A stretch of DNA of 64,000 nucleotides from Lachnospiraceae bacterium. Its GTDB lineage: Bacteria > Bacillota > Clostridia > Lachnospirales > Lachnospiraceae. Below the pieces are notes generated by a model. The model did no database searches. It was not told the DNA's origin and saw only the letters and a list, made by a program, of their open reading frames with translations. A program made the translations under genes and the position numbers. How positions within the stretch are numbered: position 1 is the stretch's first letter; the number at the start of each line of letters is the position of its first letter. Location: assembly GCA_045628865.1 (NCBI GenBank), contig JAZQQB010000009.1, positions 1-64,000 on the forward strand. The letters are read 5' to 3'. This document shows positions 33,201 through 43,284 of the stretch, piece after piece.

Positions 33201-33443
33201 GGTAATGTATTAGAAATCATCAGTAAGATCCAGACAATGCGTAAGGATATCAATTTTGAAGTAACAGATCATATTACTGTATCAATCAGTGGTAATGAGA
33301 AGTTACAGACATTATTTGCAAAGAATGAAGATTCTATTGCAAGTAAGGTATTAGCTGATAAAGTCGTTTATGGTAGTGATGTTGCCAATGCAAGAGAATG
33401 GAACATCAATGGCGAGACTTGTGTGATCGGTGTTGAAAAATAA
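30291..33443 (+). CDS. ileS: isoleucine--tRNA ligase
   Basis: HIGH (PHIGHV) and KMSKS motifs, 1050 aa. Confidence 0.95.
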   Translation: MYNKVDTNMNFVEREKQTVNFWKENDIFQKSMDSRKEGPTYTFYDGPPTANGKPHIGHVLTRVIKDMIPRYRTMKGYMVPRKAGWDTHGLPVELEVEKLLGLNGKEQIEEYGMEPFIKQCKESVWKYKGMWEDFSGTVGFWADMDNPYVTYDDNFIESEWWALKEIWNKGLLYKGFKIVPYCPRCGTPLSTAEVSQGYKTVKERSAVVRFKCIGEDAYFLAWTTTPWTLPSNVALCVNPDDTYVKVKAADGYTYYMAEALLDKVLGKLGSEETKAYEVLETYKGKDLEYREYEPLFACAGDAAAKQGKKAHFVTCDSYVTMSDGTGIVHIAPAFGEDDANVGRKYDLPFVQFVNGKGELTEDTPYAGLFVKKADPEVIKDLDAEGKLFDAPKFEHEYPHCWRCDTPLIYYARESWYIKETAVRDDLIRNNNTVNWIPESIGKGRFGNWLENIQDWAISRNRYWGTPLNIWECEGCGHQDCIGGREDLKEKSGNEAALTVELHRPYIDEITCKCPECGGTMKRVPEVLDCWFDSGAMPFAQHHYPFENKEVFEAQFPAQFISEAVDQTRGWFHSLMAESTLLFNKAPYENVIVLGHVQDENGQKMSKSKGNAVDPFDALETYGADAIRWYFYINSAPWLPNRFHGKAVQEGQRKFMGTLWNTYAFFVLYANIDNFDATKYSLDYDKLSVMDKWLLSKLNSVVGEVDGHLENYRIPEAARALDNFVDEMSNWYVRRGRERFWAKGMEQDKINAYMTLYTALVTISKAAAPMIPFMTEEIYQNLVRSLDQSAPESIHLCDYPTVDEKLIDKTLEENMEHVLKAVVMGRACRNTANIKNRQPIGNMFIKAPFTLDDFFKEIIEEELNVKNVTFTDDVRDFTSYTFKPQLRTVGPKYGKQLGGIQKTLGSIDGNAAMDELKTNGAIKFMVGDVEVALAEEDLLIDVAQKEGYVTEADNVATVVLDTNLTEDLLEEGNVLEIISKIQTMRKDINFEVTDHITVSISGNEKLQTLFAKNEDSIASKVLADKVVYGSDVANAREWNINGETCVIGVEK

Positions 33444-33612
33444 AATCGATATTTTCTATAAGAAACGTCTGTTTTTTCAAAAAGCAGGCGTTTTCATATT
33501 ATTGTATATATTTAGCAATATATAGGCAGACGAAGGGACAAAGAACCATTATAGTATCATTGAGAGATTGAAAATTGATTTTTAATGAAAAGTGACACGC
33601 AAAGGAATTGCT

Positions 33613-35403
33613 ATGAAAATGAAACATAAGTTATTCAAAAGACAATTTATATTGGAAAAAATCAACCGTTATAGTTTAAAGAAAAAAATGCTGATTTTAC
33701 AGCTGTTTTGTGTAATTTTGCCATTGTTGATCACGGATAGTGTCATTATTTCTATGTTACTAAACGAGGAAAGGAAAGCAAATGTGCAGGAAATGAAGGA
33801 TATCGCTGAAGCTGTAAGTAATACTGTTATTTCAACAGAGGAATCAACAGTGTCTATGATGCAGGATATCTATTTCAATCGTGAAATCAATGATTTCTTA
33901 GGAGAGAGGTTTCAATCTCCATTAGATTATTACAACAAACGTTTTGCTTTGTTAAGAGATTATTCTTATAAAATTGCTGTAGGTGGATTGGAAAGATCGA
34001 TTGTTACGATATATTCAAACAGTCCTGGAACAGTAAATGGCGGAGCATTTCAAAAATTAGATAAGATACACAATGAAGAATGGTATCAAAAGTATTTAGA
34101 GGGTCAGCAGGATGTTATGCTTTTTGCTGATTATTCAAAAGTCAATTGGGAAACACGTCGAAATATATTTTTTGTAAGAAAACTGAATTATTATGACAAG
34201 AAAAATGAAAGTGTTCTTCGTGTAGATTTAGATTATAGTGATTTAGCGAGAAAAATAATTAATGCAAAATATGCTTCAACAGTGTATGTATGCGAGGGAA
34301 ATCGAATTCTTTTCTCGAATGAAGGTAAAGGTGGATTGTACGCACCTTTTGAAACAATATCTGCTGATATGATTGCGCAGTCGGGAGCACAATTGTCAAC
34401 AAGTTTATATAATACAACCTGGGATATATATGTTATGCCAGGAAAAAATATTGTGTACGAGGCATTATATGGAAACAGATATTTTATATGTTTGCTATTT
34501 TTGATGAATGTAGTGTTTCCGTTTGTGATGTTCCATTTCTTAAGTCAGTCCTTTACAGTGCGTTTACATACCTTAGATGAAGCACTTCGAAAGGTGGAAA
34601 AAAACGGGTTATATAAATTGCCAGAAATCAGTGGAAGTGATGAAATCAGTATGCTGATGAAGACCTATAACGAAATGGCAGAGAAATTGAATTCACTCAT
34701 TGAGAATGAATACAAAAACAAATTAAAACGTCAGGAAAGTGATATTGCCAGACAAAGAGCAGAGTTATTGGCACTTCATAGTCAGATTAACCCTCATTTT
34801 CTTTTTAATGCACTTGAGAGCATTCGTATGCACAGTGTAATCAAAAAGGAAACGGAAACAGCCTGTATGGTTGAGAAATTAGCTTTGATTCATAGACAGA
34901 ATGTGGAATGGGGTAGTGACCTTGTTACGGTTTCCAATGAGGTTCAGTTTGTTGAGGCATATTTGGAATTACAGAAATATCGATTTGGAAATAAACTGAC
35001 TTGTGAGGTTAGTGTAGATGAGGATTGTAAGGATTATCAGATACCAAAGCTTTCCTTAGTAACCTTTGTAGAAAATGCATGTGTTCATGGAATGGAGAAG
35101 AAAACCTCTGCCTGTTGGATTTTTGTTCGTATTTCTAAAAATAATGAATATGTGATTATGGAAATAGAAGATACCGGAAGTGGAATGACAGAAGAGATGC
35201 GAAGAAATCTCGAAGAAGCAATCAATCATGTAGATATGGATATGCTTCGTGAGAATCATCGTATAGGTATATTGAATGCTGCATTGCGTTTAAAAATGTT
35301 TTTTAAAGATCAGGTATGCTTTGAACTGGATAGTGAACCTGGAGCAGGAACACTTGTTACGATCAAGATAGGTGTAGATAGTATTGAACAAATTAAGTTG
35401 TAG
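33613..35403 (+). CDS. sensor histidine kinase, YesM-like (two TM + HAMP + His_kinase + HATPase)
   Basis: LHSQINPHFLFNAL H-box region, C-terminal GHKL ATPase motifs. Confidence 0.75.
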   Translation: MKMKHKLFKRQFILEKINRYSLKKKMLILQLFCVILPLLITDSVIISMLLNEERKANVQEMKDIAEAVSNTVISTEESTVSMMQDIYFNREINDFLGERFQSPLDYYNKRFALLRDYSYKIAVGGLERSIVTIYSNSPGTVNGGAFQKLDKIHNEEWYQKYLEGQQDVMLFADYSKVNWETRRNIFFVRKLNYYDKKNESVLRVDLDYSDLARKIINAKYASTVYVCEGNRILFSNEGKGGLYAPFETISADMIAQSGAQLSTSLYNTTWDIYVMPGKNIVYEALYGNRYFICLLFLMNVVFPFVMFHFLSQSFTVRLHTLDEALRKVEKNGLYKLPEISGSDEISMLMKTYNEMAEKLNSLIENEYKNKLKRQESDIARQRAELLALHSQINPHFLFNALESIRMHSVIKKETETACMVEKLALIHRQNVEWGSDLVTVSNEVQFVEAYLELQKYRFGNKLTCEVSVDEDCKDYQIPKLSLVTFVENACVHGMEKKTSACWIFVRISKNNEYVIMEIEDTGSGMTEEMRRNLEEAINHVDMDMLRENHRIGILNAALRLKMFFKDQVCFELDSEPGAGTLVTIKIGVDSIEQIKL

Positions 35404-35423
35404 TGAAAGGAGTGAGATAGAGA

Positions 35424-36566
35424 GTGTTAAAGGTAATATTTGTGGACGATGAGCCGTTCATCATGCAGGGTTTGTCCATGATCATAGATTGGGAAGCCAA
35501 TGGTTATGAAATTGTAGGTATGGCAGGAAATGCAGGGGAAGCTTTAGAACTTATTGAACAGAAGAATCCAGAGCTTGTGATTGCGGATGTTCATATGCCT
35601 GAAATGAGCGGTTTGGAGCTTTTGGAAAATGTTCATCAGAAAAGCAAGGATACTTCTTTTATTATGCTTTCAGGGTATAGTGAGTTTGGATATGTTCGAA
35701 AAGCCCTGATGGAAGGTTGTATAGATTATTTGTTAAAGCCTGTTAATAAGCAGGATCTGTTAGCTGCTCTTGAAAAGGTTCGTAACATTCAAAAAGAACA
35801 AAATGAATTAAAAAAATGGACAGATACCATTAGCAAAACTCCTTTATTTCATTTCTTTACCCAGTTTAATCCAAAGGAAACGATTTCGGATATGGAGGCT
35901 AACTCCTGGAATTCCAATGAAGCATCCGATAGTAAGAAATTGTCTGATGAGTTAATTCATGCTGTGGAAACGAATAATAAAGATTTGATCATGGAAAAAT
36001 CCAAGGCGCTTCACTGGATGTTGACACAGGCGGACGATTTATTTGTCAATATGGAATTAAACTATATTATTTATGAATTGCTTCATTTGGCAATTACAGT
36101 TGATGACAGTATTGATCAGCAGGAAGTATTACAGTTTATCAGTGATAGTGTATTGGATAACAAAGAGAAGGAAAAAGAAGAGAATAGTCTTCAAAAAGTA
36201 ATGCTTGATTATGGAGAATATCTATGTGAATTGAGAGGAAATCAGTCTATCGGTATGATGGGTGAAATAGAAAACTATATGAAAAAGCATTACGCAGAAA
36301 ATATTACATTGAAAGATCTTGGTAAACGATTTTATGTTAACTCTGCATATTTAGGTCAGATTTTTAAAAAACAGTTCGGGGAGTCATTTAAAGACTATTT
36401 GAATGGCCTTCGTATTCAAAAAGCAGAGGAATTATTGATTTATTCTGATAAGAAAATTTATGAAATTGCTTCAGAGATAGGGTATAAAGACATTGATTAC
36501 TTTATCAATAAATTTATTGCTGCTAAAGGATGTACCCCTGCAAAATTTAGAAAACAGATGAAATGA
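35424..36566 (+). CDS. response regulator with AraC-type HTH output (YesN-like)
   Basis: receiver domain with conserved Asp (IADVHMP), C-terminal AraC HTH. Confidence 0.8.
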   Translation: MLKVIFVDDEPFIMQGLSMIIDWEANGYEIVGMAGNAGEALELIEQKNPELVIADVHMPEMSGLELLENVHQKSKDTSFIMLSGYSEFGYVRKALMEGCIDYLLKPVNKQDLLAALEKVRNIQKEQNELKKWTDTISKTPLFHFFTQFNPKETISDMEANSWNSNEASDSKKLSDELIHAVETNNKDLIMEKSKALHWMLTQADDLFVNMELNYIIYELLHLAITVDDSIDQQEVLQFISDSVLDNKEKEKEENSLQKVMLDYGEYLCELRGNQSIGMMGEIENYMKKHYAENITLKDLGKRFYVNSAYLGQIFKKQFGESFKDYLNGLRIQKAEELLIYSDKKIYEIASEIGYKDIDYFINKFIAAKGCTPAKFRKQMK

Positions 36567-36583
36567 TGGATAATCCTCTATAA

Positions 36584-36640
36584 TTTGTCGGGATTAATTC
36601 TAATTTTTGTCGGGTTGAGAAAATAAAATGCAGCGTCTAC
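36584..36640 (+). promoter_or_regulatory. direct repeats TTTGTCGGG x2 (22-bp period) abutting a TTGAGA-N17-TACAAT promoter upstream of ABC transporter genes
   Basis: repeats at 36584 and 36606; -35 at 36615. Confidence 0.35.
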
Positions 36641-36688
36641 AATCTTATGTAGACGGGAGGACGTCATTATTATAAGGAGGACATTAGT

Positions 36689-38344
36689 ATGAAAAAGAGA
36701 TTAGTTTCAACTCTTCTTGTTGGTGCAATGGTAGCTTCTATGTTATCAGGTTGTGCTGGCAAAGATTCAGAATCAGCTGCAACTACTAAAGATGGTGTAA
36801 CAGAATTCACTTACTTTATTACAATGCCAGGTTCTGAAAAAAATGATGACAACGAAATTGCTCAGATAATTGCTGAGAAAACAGGTGTCAAGGTAAAAGA
36901 AATTTGGTTAACAGGTCAGACTGCTGCTGAAGCAACAGGTACATTGATTGCTGGTGGTGAGTACCCAGACTTCATCGATAGTGATGAAATGGCAATGCTC
37001 GTTGATGCAGATGCATTAATTCCACTTGATGAGTATATTGATAAGTATCCAGAGTTTAAAGAAACTTGGTTTACTGAAGCAGAATGGGAGAAGTTCCGTC
37101 AGCCAGATGGACATATCTACTGGATTAACCCATTCGGTAATACATACGGCGAAAGCAAACAGACAACACATAATGATGAAGCATTCTGGATTCAGGCAAA
37201 GGTTCTTGAATGGGCTGGTTATCCAAAGGTAGAAACTATGGATGATTACTTCGAATTAATTGAAAGCTACGTAGCTGAAAACCCAACAATGGAAGATGGA
37301 ACACCATATATTCCATACACAATTCTTTGTGAAGACTGGAGATACTTCTGTTTGGAAAACGCAGGACAGTTCCTTGGCGGATATCCTAATGATGGATCTG
37401 TAATCGTTGACAAAGATACAATGACAGTAGGTGACTACAATGTATCAGAAGATACACGTTTATACTTACAGAAATTAAACGAAGAATATCACAAAGATAT
37501 GATTGATAAAGAATCATTTACACAGACATACGATGAATACATCGCTAAACTTTCTACAGGTCGTGTACTTGGTATGGTTGATCAGTATTGGGATTTCTCT
37601 TCAAATGTAAATGATGCATTTAAACAGCAGGGTCTTGATGCACAGGGTTGCAACTATGTACCACTTGGTTTGACAACAGAACCAGGTATGGAAAACAGAT
37701 GGCACACATATGATGATACAGTTAACCAGGCATCTGGTATTGCTATTTCAACAGACTGTAAAGATCCAGAAAAAGCGTTCGAATTCTTAGTAAAAGTTTG
37801 TATGGATCAGGAACTTCATGATTTAAGATTCTGGGGTGTTAAAGGCGTTGACTACGAAGTAGATGAAAATGGTCTTTACTACCGTACAGATGAAATGAGA
37901 GCTCGTTGTGCAGATACAGCTTACAAGGCTTCTCATTTATGTGAGTACTCATACTTCCCACAGTGGGGTGGTACAAGCCAGGATGGAATCAACGCAATGA
38001 AACCTGATGAACAGCCTTCAGAATTCATGAATGATATGGCTGAACCATTGGTAAATTGTTTCAATGCTTACAATGTTACTACATATCCAGAAATGATCGG
38101 ATCTGTAAAAGAAACAAATGGTCCTTGGTTCCCAATGTACAGTTTCTCTAACAACTTTACAACAGAAACACCAGGTGGTGTAGCGTTTACAAAGATGTCA
38201 GATCTGAAACATGAATGGTTACCAAAAGTTATCATGGAAGATGATTTTGATGCAACATGGAATGATTACATGGCAGCATATGCTGAAATTAAGCCAGAAG
38301 ACTTTATTTCAGAAATGCAGGAAATTTTAGACACATTTAAGTAA
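36689..38344 (+). CDS. extracellular solute-binding lipoprotein of CUT1 sugar ABC transporter
   Basis: lipobox LSGCAG; SBP family 1 size and pattern. Confidence 0.8.
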   Translation: MKKRLVSTLLVGAMVASMLSGCAGKDSESAATTKDGVTEFTYFITMPGSEKNDDNEIAQIIAEKTGVKVKEIWLTGQTAAEATGTLIAGGEYPDFIDSDEMAMLVDADALIPLDEYIDKYPEFKETWFTEAEWEKFRQPDGHIYWINPFGNTYGESKQTTHNDEAFWIQAKVLEWAGYPKVETMDDYFELIESYVAENPTMEDGTPYIPYTILCEDWRYFCLENAGQFLGGYPNDGSVIVDKDTMTVGDYNVSEDTRLYLQKLNEEYHKDMIDKESFTQTYDEYIAKLSTGRVLGMVDQYWDFSSNVNDAFKQQGLDAQGCNYVPLGLTTEPGMENRWHTYDDTVNQASGIAISTDCKDPEKAFEFLVKVCMDQELHDLRFWGVKGVDYEVDENGLYYRTDEMRARCADTAYKASHLCEYSYFPQWGGTSQDGINAMKPDEQPSEFMNDMAEPLVNCFNAYNVTTYPEMIGSVKETNGPWFPMYSFSNNFTTETPGGVAFTKMSDLKHEWLPKVIMEDDFDATWNDYMAAYAEIKPEDFISEMQEILDTFK

Positions 38345-38422
38345 GAGGTAAAAAGCTAGGCGGCAATTGTTCAGAATGATTGGCGGTTGCCGCCTATTTT
38401 TTATGAAATGGAGTAGATTATC

Positions 38423-39367
38423 ATGGCTCAAGCACGGAATGTTCAACCGAACAGAGATAAAAAAATCACATGGAAAGAAATTAAGAGACAGAAGTTTCTA
38501 TTAATTGTTTCTTTCTTTATGGTCGTATATGGATTGATTTTCTATTATTGGCCACTAACAGGCTGGATTATGGCCTTTGAAAAATATAAACCAAAGACAG
38601 GTTTGCTTGGATCTGAGTTTATCGGTATGGATAAATTCAAATTCTTATTTGAAGATGAAGTATTTATCAGAGTAATTTGGAATACGTTTTGTATGGGATT
38701 TATCAATTTGGTTACCACAACAGTTATGGCAATCTTATTTGCAATCCTATTAAATGAAATTAGACATAATATGACAAAGAAAGTGATCCAGACGGTATCG
38801 TACTTGCCTCACTTTTTATCATGGATTATTGTAACTGGTATTTTACATGATTCATTATCTACATCAGGTATTGTTAATGATGTGTTATTAAAAACACATG
38901 CAGTTGATGAAGCAATCAATTTCTTTGCACATCCTTCATACTTCTGGCCAATCGTTGCATTTGCAAACTGTTGGAAAGAAACAGGATGGAACGCAATCAT
39001 TTACTTGGCAGCAATTACATCAATTGATCCTTGTCTTTATGAAGCAGCTTCCATCGATGGTGCAGGTAGACTTGCAAAGATTCGATATATTACTCTTCCA
39101 GGAATTAAGCCTACTATCATGATCTTATTGTTAATGAATGTAGGTAACGTTCTGAATGCAGGATTTGAAGTTCAGTACTTACTTGGAAATGGTTTGGTAC
39201 AGCGTGTATCACAGACAATTGATATCTATGTTTTGAAATGGGGTATCAGTCAGAACGACTTCTCATTGGGAACAGCAGCCGGAATCTTTAAGAGTGCCGT
39301 TAGTATTTTATTGATTGTAATCTTTAATACTATGGCTCGTAAAACTGGTGAAGAAAGACTGTTCTAG
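38423..39367 (+). CDS. sugar ABC transporter permease (LplB/YesP-like)
   Basis: 6 TM, EAAxxDGA motif region (EAASIDGAG). Confidence 0.8.
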   Translation: MAQARNVQPNRDKKITWKEIKRQKFLLIVSFFMVVYGLIFYYWPLTGWIMAFEKYKPKTGLLGSEFIGMDKFKFLFEDEVFIRVIWNTFCMGFINLVTTTVMAILFAILLNEIRHNMTKKVIQTVSYLPHFLSWIIVTGILHDSLSTSGIVNDVLLKTHAVDEAINFFAHPSYFWPIVAFANCWKETGWNAIIYLAAITSIDPCLYEAASIDGAGRLAKIRYITLPGIKPTIMILLLMNVGNVLNAGFEVQYLLGNGLVQRVSQTIDIYVLKWGISQNDFSLGTAAGIFKSAVSILLIVIFNTMARKTGEERLF

Positions 39368-39378
39368 GAGGTGAGAAT

Positions 39379-40272
39379 ATGGACAAGAAGAAAATGAAAA
39401 GATCTGCAGGAGATAGAATATTCTCACTTATTATTGCAGTGTTTATGATCGTATTTGTTACGATTACATTATATCCTGTTATCAATACCGCAGTATTATC
39501 TTTTAATGATGGTATTGATGCAGTACGTGGAGGAATTTATTTGATTCCACGTAAATTTACAATGAAAAACTACGATACCGTTTTAGGTATGAAAAACTTA
39601 GTAACAGGTTTTAAGATTTCAGTATTAAGAACTGTAATAGGAACTTTACTTGCTTTGGTTGTAAATGCATTATTAGCATTCGTAGTAAGTCGTAAGAGAT
39701 TTATTTTTAAATCACAGTTATCCCTTTTTTGGGTTTTAACAATGTATGTAAATGGTGGTATGATTCCTACCTACCTTTTGTATAGAAACTTAAACTTAAC
39801 AAACAGCTTTTGGGTATATGTTATCCCAGGTGCTGTAAGTGCATGGAATATGTTGGTAATCAGAACATACATGTTGGGATTACCAGACAGTTTGGAAGAA
39901 TCTGCTCAGCTTGATGGAGCAGGATACTGGACTGTATTTGTAAAGATTATTTCACCATTGTGTAAACCAGTTTATGCTACAGTTGCATTATTCGTAGCTG
40001 TATGGCAGTGGAACTCATGGTTTGATGCAATGTTATATAACCGTATGAGAACAGAATATACTACTTTACAGTATGAGTTGATGAAATTACTTTCATCCGT
40101 TATGCAGCAGAGTGGTAGTGCAGACACAGCGAAGTATAGTACAAGTTCAGTAACCCCACTGACAATTCGTTCAGCTGCATCTGTTGTTACAATGCTCCCA
40201 ATTATTTGTTTATACCCATTCCTACAGCGATATTTCGTAACAGGACTCACCATTGGTGGTGTAAAGGAATAA
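39379..40272 (+). CDS. sugar ABC transporter permease (LplC/YesQ-like)
   Basis: 6 TM, EESAQLDGAG permease motif. Confidence 0.8.
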   Translation: MDKKKMKRSAGDRIFSLIIAVFMIVFVTITLYPVINTAVLSFNDGIDAVRGGIYLIPRKFTMKNYDTVLGMKNLVTGFKISVLRTVIGTLLALVVNALLAFVVSRKRFIFKSQLSLFWVLTMYVNGGMIPTYLLYRNLNLTNSFWVYVIPGAVSAWNMLVIRTYMLGLPDSLEESAQLDGAGYWTVFVKIISPLCKPVYATVALFVAVWQWNSWFDAMLYNRMRTEYTTLQYELMKLLSSVMQQSGSADTAKYSTSSVTPLTIRSAASVVTMLPIICLYPFLQRYFVTGLTIGGVKE

Positions 40273-40289
40273 ACATTTTATTCTACCTA

Positions 40290-40328
40290 CTCACTTTAGA
40301 TTCTCCCGGATCTAAAGTGAGTTTTTTT
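40290..40328 (+). terminator. terminator after transporter operon
   Basis: ctcactttagat/atctaaagtgag stem + 7 T. Confidence 0.6.
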
Positions 40329-40499
40329 GTCGCCCATTAAGTGACCATATTAATATATGATTGAGGTATGATAGTGATGTCAAAGGAAATAGGGATTAGA
40401 AACCAAAAAAAGAGATTCTTTCTAAGTAATGAAAACTGTGATATACTGTGGATTTAGAAAGAGTAAAAGGTTGTCCTTAGATACAAGGAGGAAGAAAAA

Positions 40500-41702
40500 A
40501 TGAAGCAGATTATTACAAGCTTATTAGAAACTGATATGTATAAATTTAGTATGGGTCAGGCCATCTATCACCAGTTCAGTGATTATAAAACCACATGGAC
40601 ATTTAAGTGCAGAAACAAGGATGTTCACTTTACACCAGAAATGGTAGAAGAAATACGTAATCAGATTAAAGCATATTGTGATCTTCGATTTACAGAGGAA
40701 GAATTGGAATATCTTGAGAATATTACATGGATCAAGGGCTCTTATGTAGATTTTCTTCGCTTGTGGAAACCAAGATTTGAAGATTTTGAAATTACAGATC
40801 AAGCAGAATGTGGACTTGCATTGGATGCAAGAGGTACTTGGTTAAACACTTCTATGTATGAGATTCCAGCCCTTGCTATTATCAATGAAGTATACTTTAG
40901 AATGGCATATGATTATGATACTTTAATGGATTCCTTCAAGGAAAGATTAAGTGCAAAACTTACAAAATTAGAAGATGGTACATATAAGATTGGAAACTTT
41001 TCAGAATTTGGTTTGAGAAGAAGACTTTCAGGAGAGGCACAGGAGCTTGCTGTGAAGGAACTTTGCGGTCGTAAATATGATGGTTCTAAGTGTGTAGGTA
41101 CTTCCAATGTGTATCTTGCTAAGAAGTATGGAGTAACACCTGTAGGAACTATGGCTCATGAATGGATCATGTGTGTTGGTCAGGGTAATCATAAACACAA
41201 TCCAGCATATTCTAACTGGTATGCATTGGATGCATGGGTAAAGGAATACGGCGTATTGAATGGTACTGCTTTAACAGATGCTATTACAACAGATTGTTTC
41301 TTAAGAGATTTCCAGTTGACATATGCAACACTCTTTAGTGGTGTAAGACACGACAGTGGAGATCCATATGAATGGGGCGACAAGATGATCGCACACTATG
41401 AAGAGTTTGGTATCGATGCTGCTTCAAAGACACTTCTTTTTAGTGATAGTCTTGACTTTGAAAGAGCACATAAATTGAATGAATATTTTAAGGGAAGAGC
41501 AAGAGTTGCGTTTGGTATTGGAACTTACTTAAGTAATGATACCAATGAGCATGCATTGAACATTGTCATGAAAACAACAGCTTGTAATGGAATGGATGTT
41601 GCGAAAATATCTGATACTCCAGGAAAAGGTATGTGCAAGAATCCACAATATGTTGAATATTTGGAAAGATGTATCAAGTGGAGAATGGAAAACGATAAAT
41701 AA
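40500..41702 (+). CDS. pncB: nicotinate phosphoribosyltransferase
   Basis: LLETDMYKFSM and FGLRRR NAPRTase motifs, 400 aa. Confidence 0.85.
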   Translation: MKQIITSLLETDMYKFSMGQAIYHQFSDYKTTWTFKCRNKDVHFTPEMVEEIRNQIKAYCDLRFTEEELEYLENITWIKGSYVDFLRLWKPRFEDFEITDQAECGLALDARGTWLNTSMYEIPALAIINEVYFRMAYDYDTLMDSFKERLSAKLTKLEDGTYKIGNFSEFGLRRRLSGEAQELAVKELCGRKYDGSKCVGTSNVYLAKKYGVTPVGTMAHEWIMCVGQGNHKHNPAYSNWYALDAWVKEYGVLNGTALTDAITTDCFLRDFQLTYATLFSGVRHDSGDPYEWGDKMIAHYEEFGIDAASKTLLFSDSLDFERAHKLNEYFKGRARVAFGIGTYLSNDTNEHALNIVMKTTACNGMDVAKISDTPGKGMCKNPQYVEYLERCIKWRMENDK

Positions 41703-41791
41703 GAGGCGGTTTGGCACGTAACAGTAGTCGGCTAATCAATGAATGGTTAGCCGACTACTTAATTAGTGGTAATATAAGGGAGAAACAGAAG

Positions 41792-42475
41792 ATGATCAAA
41801 GTCATTTTATGGGATATAGATGGCACTATGCTGAATTTTGAAGAAGCAGAAAAGATAGCAATCAGAAAATGCTTTGCCAAATTTGAGCTAGGTGAATGTA
41901 CGGATGAAATGCTTCATACATATTCTGGAATTAATCAGAAGTACTGGGAGAAACTGGAACGTGGTGAAATGACAAAGTCCGAGATTTTGGTAGGGCGATT
42001 TGTTGATTTTTTTACGGTTTCAGGAATGGATGTATCCAAAGCTGTTCCTTTTAACGAGGAATATCAAATAAGGCTTGGTGATACGGCTGTTTTTTATGAA
42101 GGTGGTCTAGAAACAGTAAAGGCATTGAAAGGAAAAGTACTTCAGTGTGCAGTGACAAATGGAACAAAAACAGCGCAGAATCTGAAATTGAAAAATTCAG
42201 GGTTGGTTCAGTTGCTTGATCATATTTTTATTTCAGAAGAAATGGGAATTGAAAAACCGGGAATTGGATTTTTCAATAAGGTATTCGATGTGATTGGCGA
42301 TTATGCAAAGGATGAAATCTTGATTGTGGGAGATTCATTAACAAGTGACATTCAGGGTGGAAATAATGCAGGGATAAAAACCTGCTGGTTTAACTTAAAC
42401 GGTAAGAAAAATGAATTAGGACTTCGAGTGGATTATGAAATCCGAAGTCTGTCAGAAGTGTTAAATATTGTATAG
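41792..42475 (+). CDS. HAD-family hydrolase, YjjG-like pyrimidine 5'-nucleotidase subfamily
   Basis: DIDGT motif I, C-terminal GDSLTSD motif; start at MIKVILWDIDGT. Confidence 0.65.
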   Translation: MIKVILWDIDGTMLNFEEAEKIAIRKCFAKFELGECTDEMLHTYSGINQKYWEKLERGEMTKSEILVGRFVDFFTVSGMDVSKAVPFNEEYQIRLGDTAVFYEGGLETVKALKGKVLQCAVTNGTKTAQNLKLKNSGLVQLLDHIFISEEMGIEKPGIGFFNKVFDVIGDYAKDEILIVGDSLTSDIQGGNNAGIKTCWFNLNGKKNELGLRVDYEIRSLSEVLNIV

Positions 42476-42556
42476 TATGTTGGGGGCGGTCCTTTTTGTC
42501 ACGAGGACCGCTCCCAATGCATTGATTCCCCTTAAAAAAAATGATAAACTTACCGT

Positions 42557-43180
42557 ATGAGCGAACATATATTAACGATCAACAATAGAATATCGTATTT
42601 AAAAGCAAGTGAAAATCCGTTATCAGCAGATGTGGGTGTGATAAAAGGGGAATCACGACAGTGGTTTTTTGATGTAGGAAGCAATGAGGAAGCGTATCAA
42701 CTGATTTTAAATGAATCCATAGATATCGGAATTGTGATTTCTCATTTTCATCCGGATCATATGGCAAATCTTGGAAAGATCATGGAGTCCAGAGAAGGAG
42801 GTTCATGTTTATATGTAGGGGACAATACCTTCAAATACTGCAAGATGGGAGAGGTTGTTTCAAAGGACATCTATATTGAAGATGGTTGCAAGCTTCATAT
42901 TTTTCCATTACCGTCTTCTCATGCGAAAGGTTCCTTAGGATTAGAAATAGATGAGGAATATTGTTTTTTAGGTGATGGAACGTATTCAACCAATAAGGGT
43001 GGAAAGATTGCATATAATGTACAGCTTCTACGGGAAGAAATTAAAGTTCTTTCAGGATTGAAGGCAACATATTTTATATTAAGTCACCGGGATCCGATTG
43101 TTCAGAAAAAGGAAGATGTGCTAAAGCAGTTAAATCGAATTTATGCTATGCGAAAAAAGGATGAGGCATATATCTACTGA
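42557..43180 (+). CDS. MBL-fold metallo-hydrolase
   Basis: HFHPDH metal-binding motif. Confidence 0.6.
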   Translation: MSEHILTINNRISYLKASENPLSADVGVIKGESRQWFFDVGSNEEAYQLILNESIDIGIVISHFHPDHMANLGKIMESREGGSCLYVGDNTFKYCKMGEVVSKDIYIEDGCKLHIFPLPSSHAKGSLGLEIDEEYCFLGDGTYSTNKGGKIAYNVQLLREEIKVLSGLKATYFILSHRDPIVQKKEDVLKQLNRIYAMRKKDEAYIY

Positions 43181-43208
43181 AACACTTATTTGTGATAAGA
43201 GCTTTTTC

Positions 43209-43237
43209 TTGTCATAAGAAAGTGATAATTGTATAAT
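43209..43237 (+). promoter_or_regulatory. sigma-A promoter TTGTCA-N17-TATAAT
   Basis: upstream of ThyX-like gene. Confidence 0.5.
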
Positions 43238-43284
43238 GCAAATACGTATATGTTATTTAGAAAAGCAAGTATGAGGGGGAAAGT

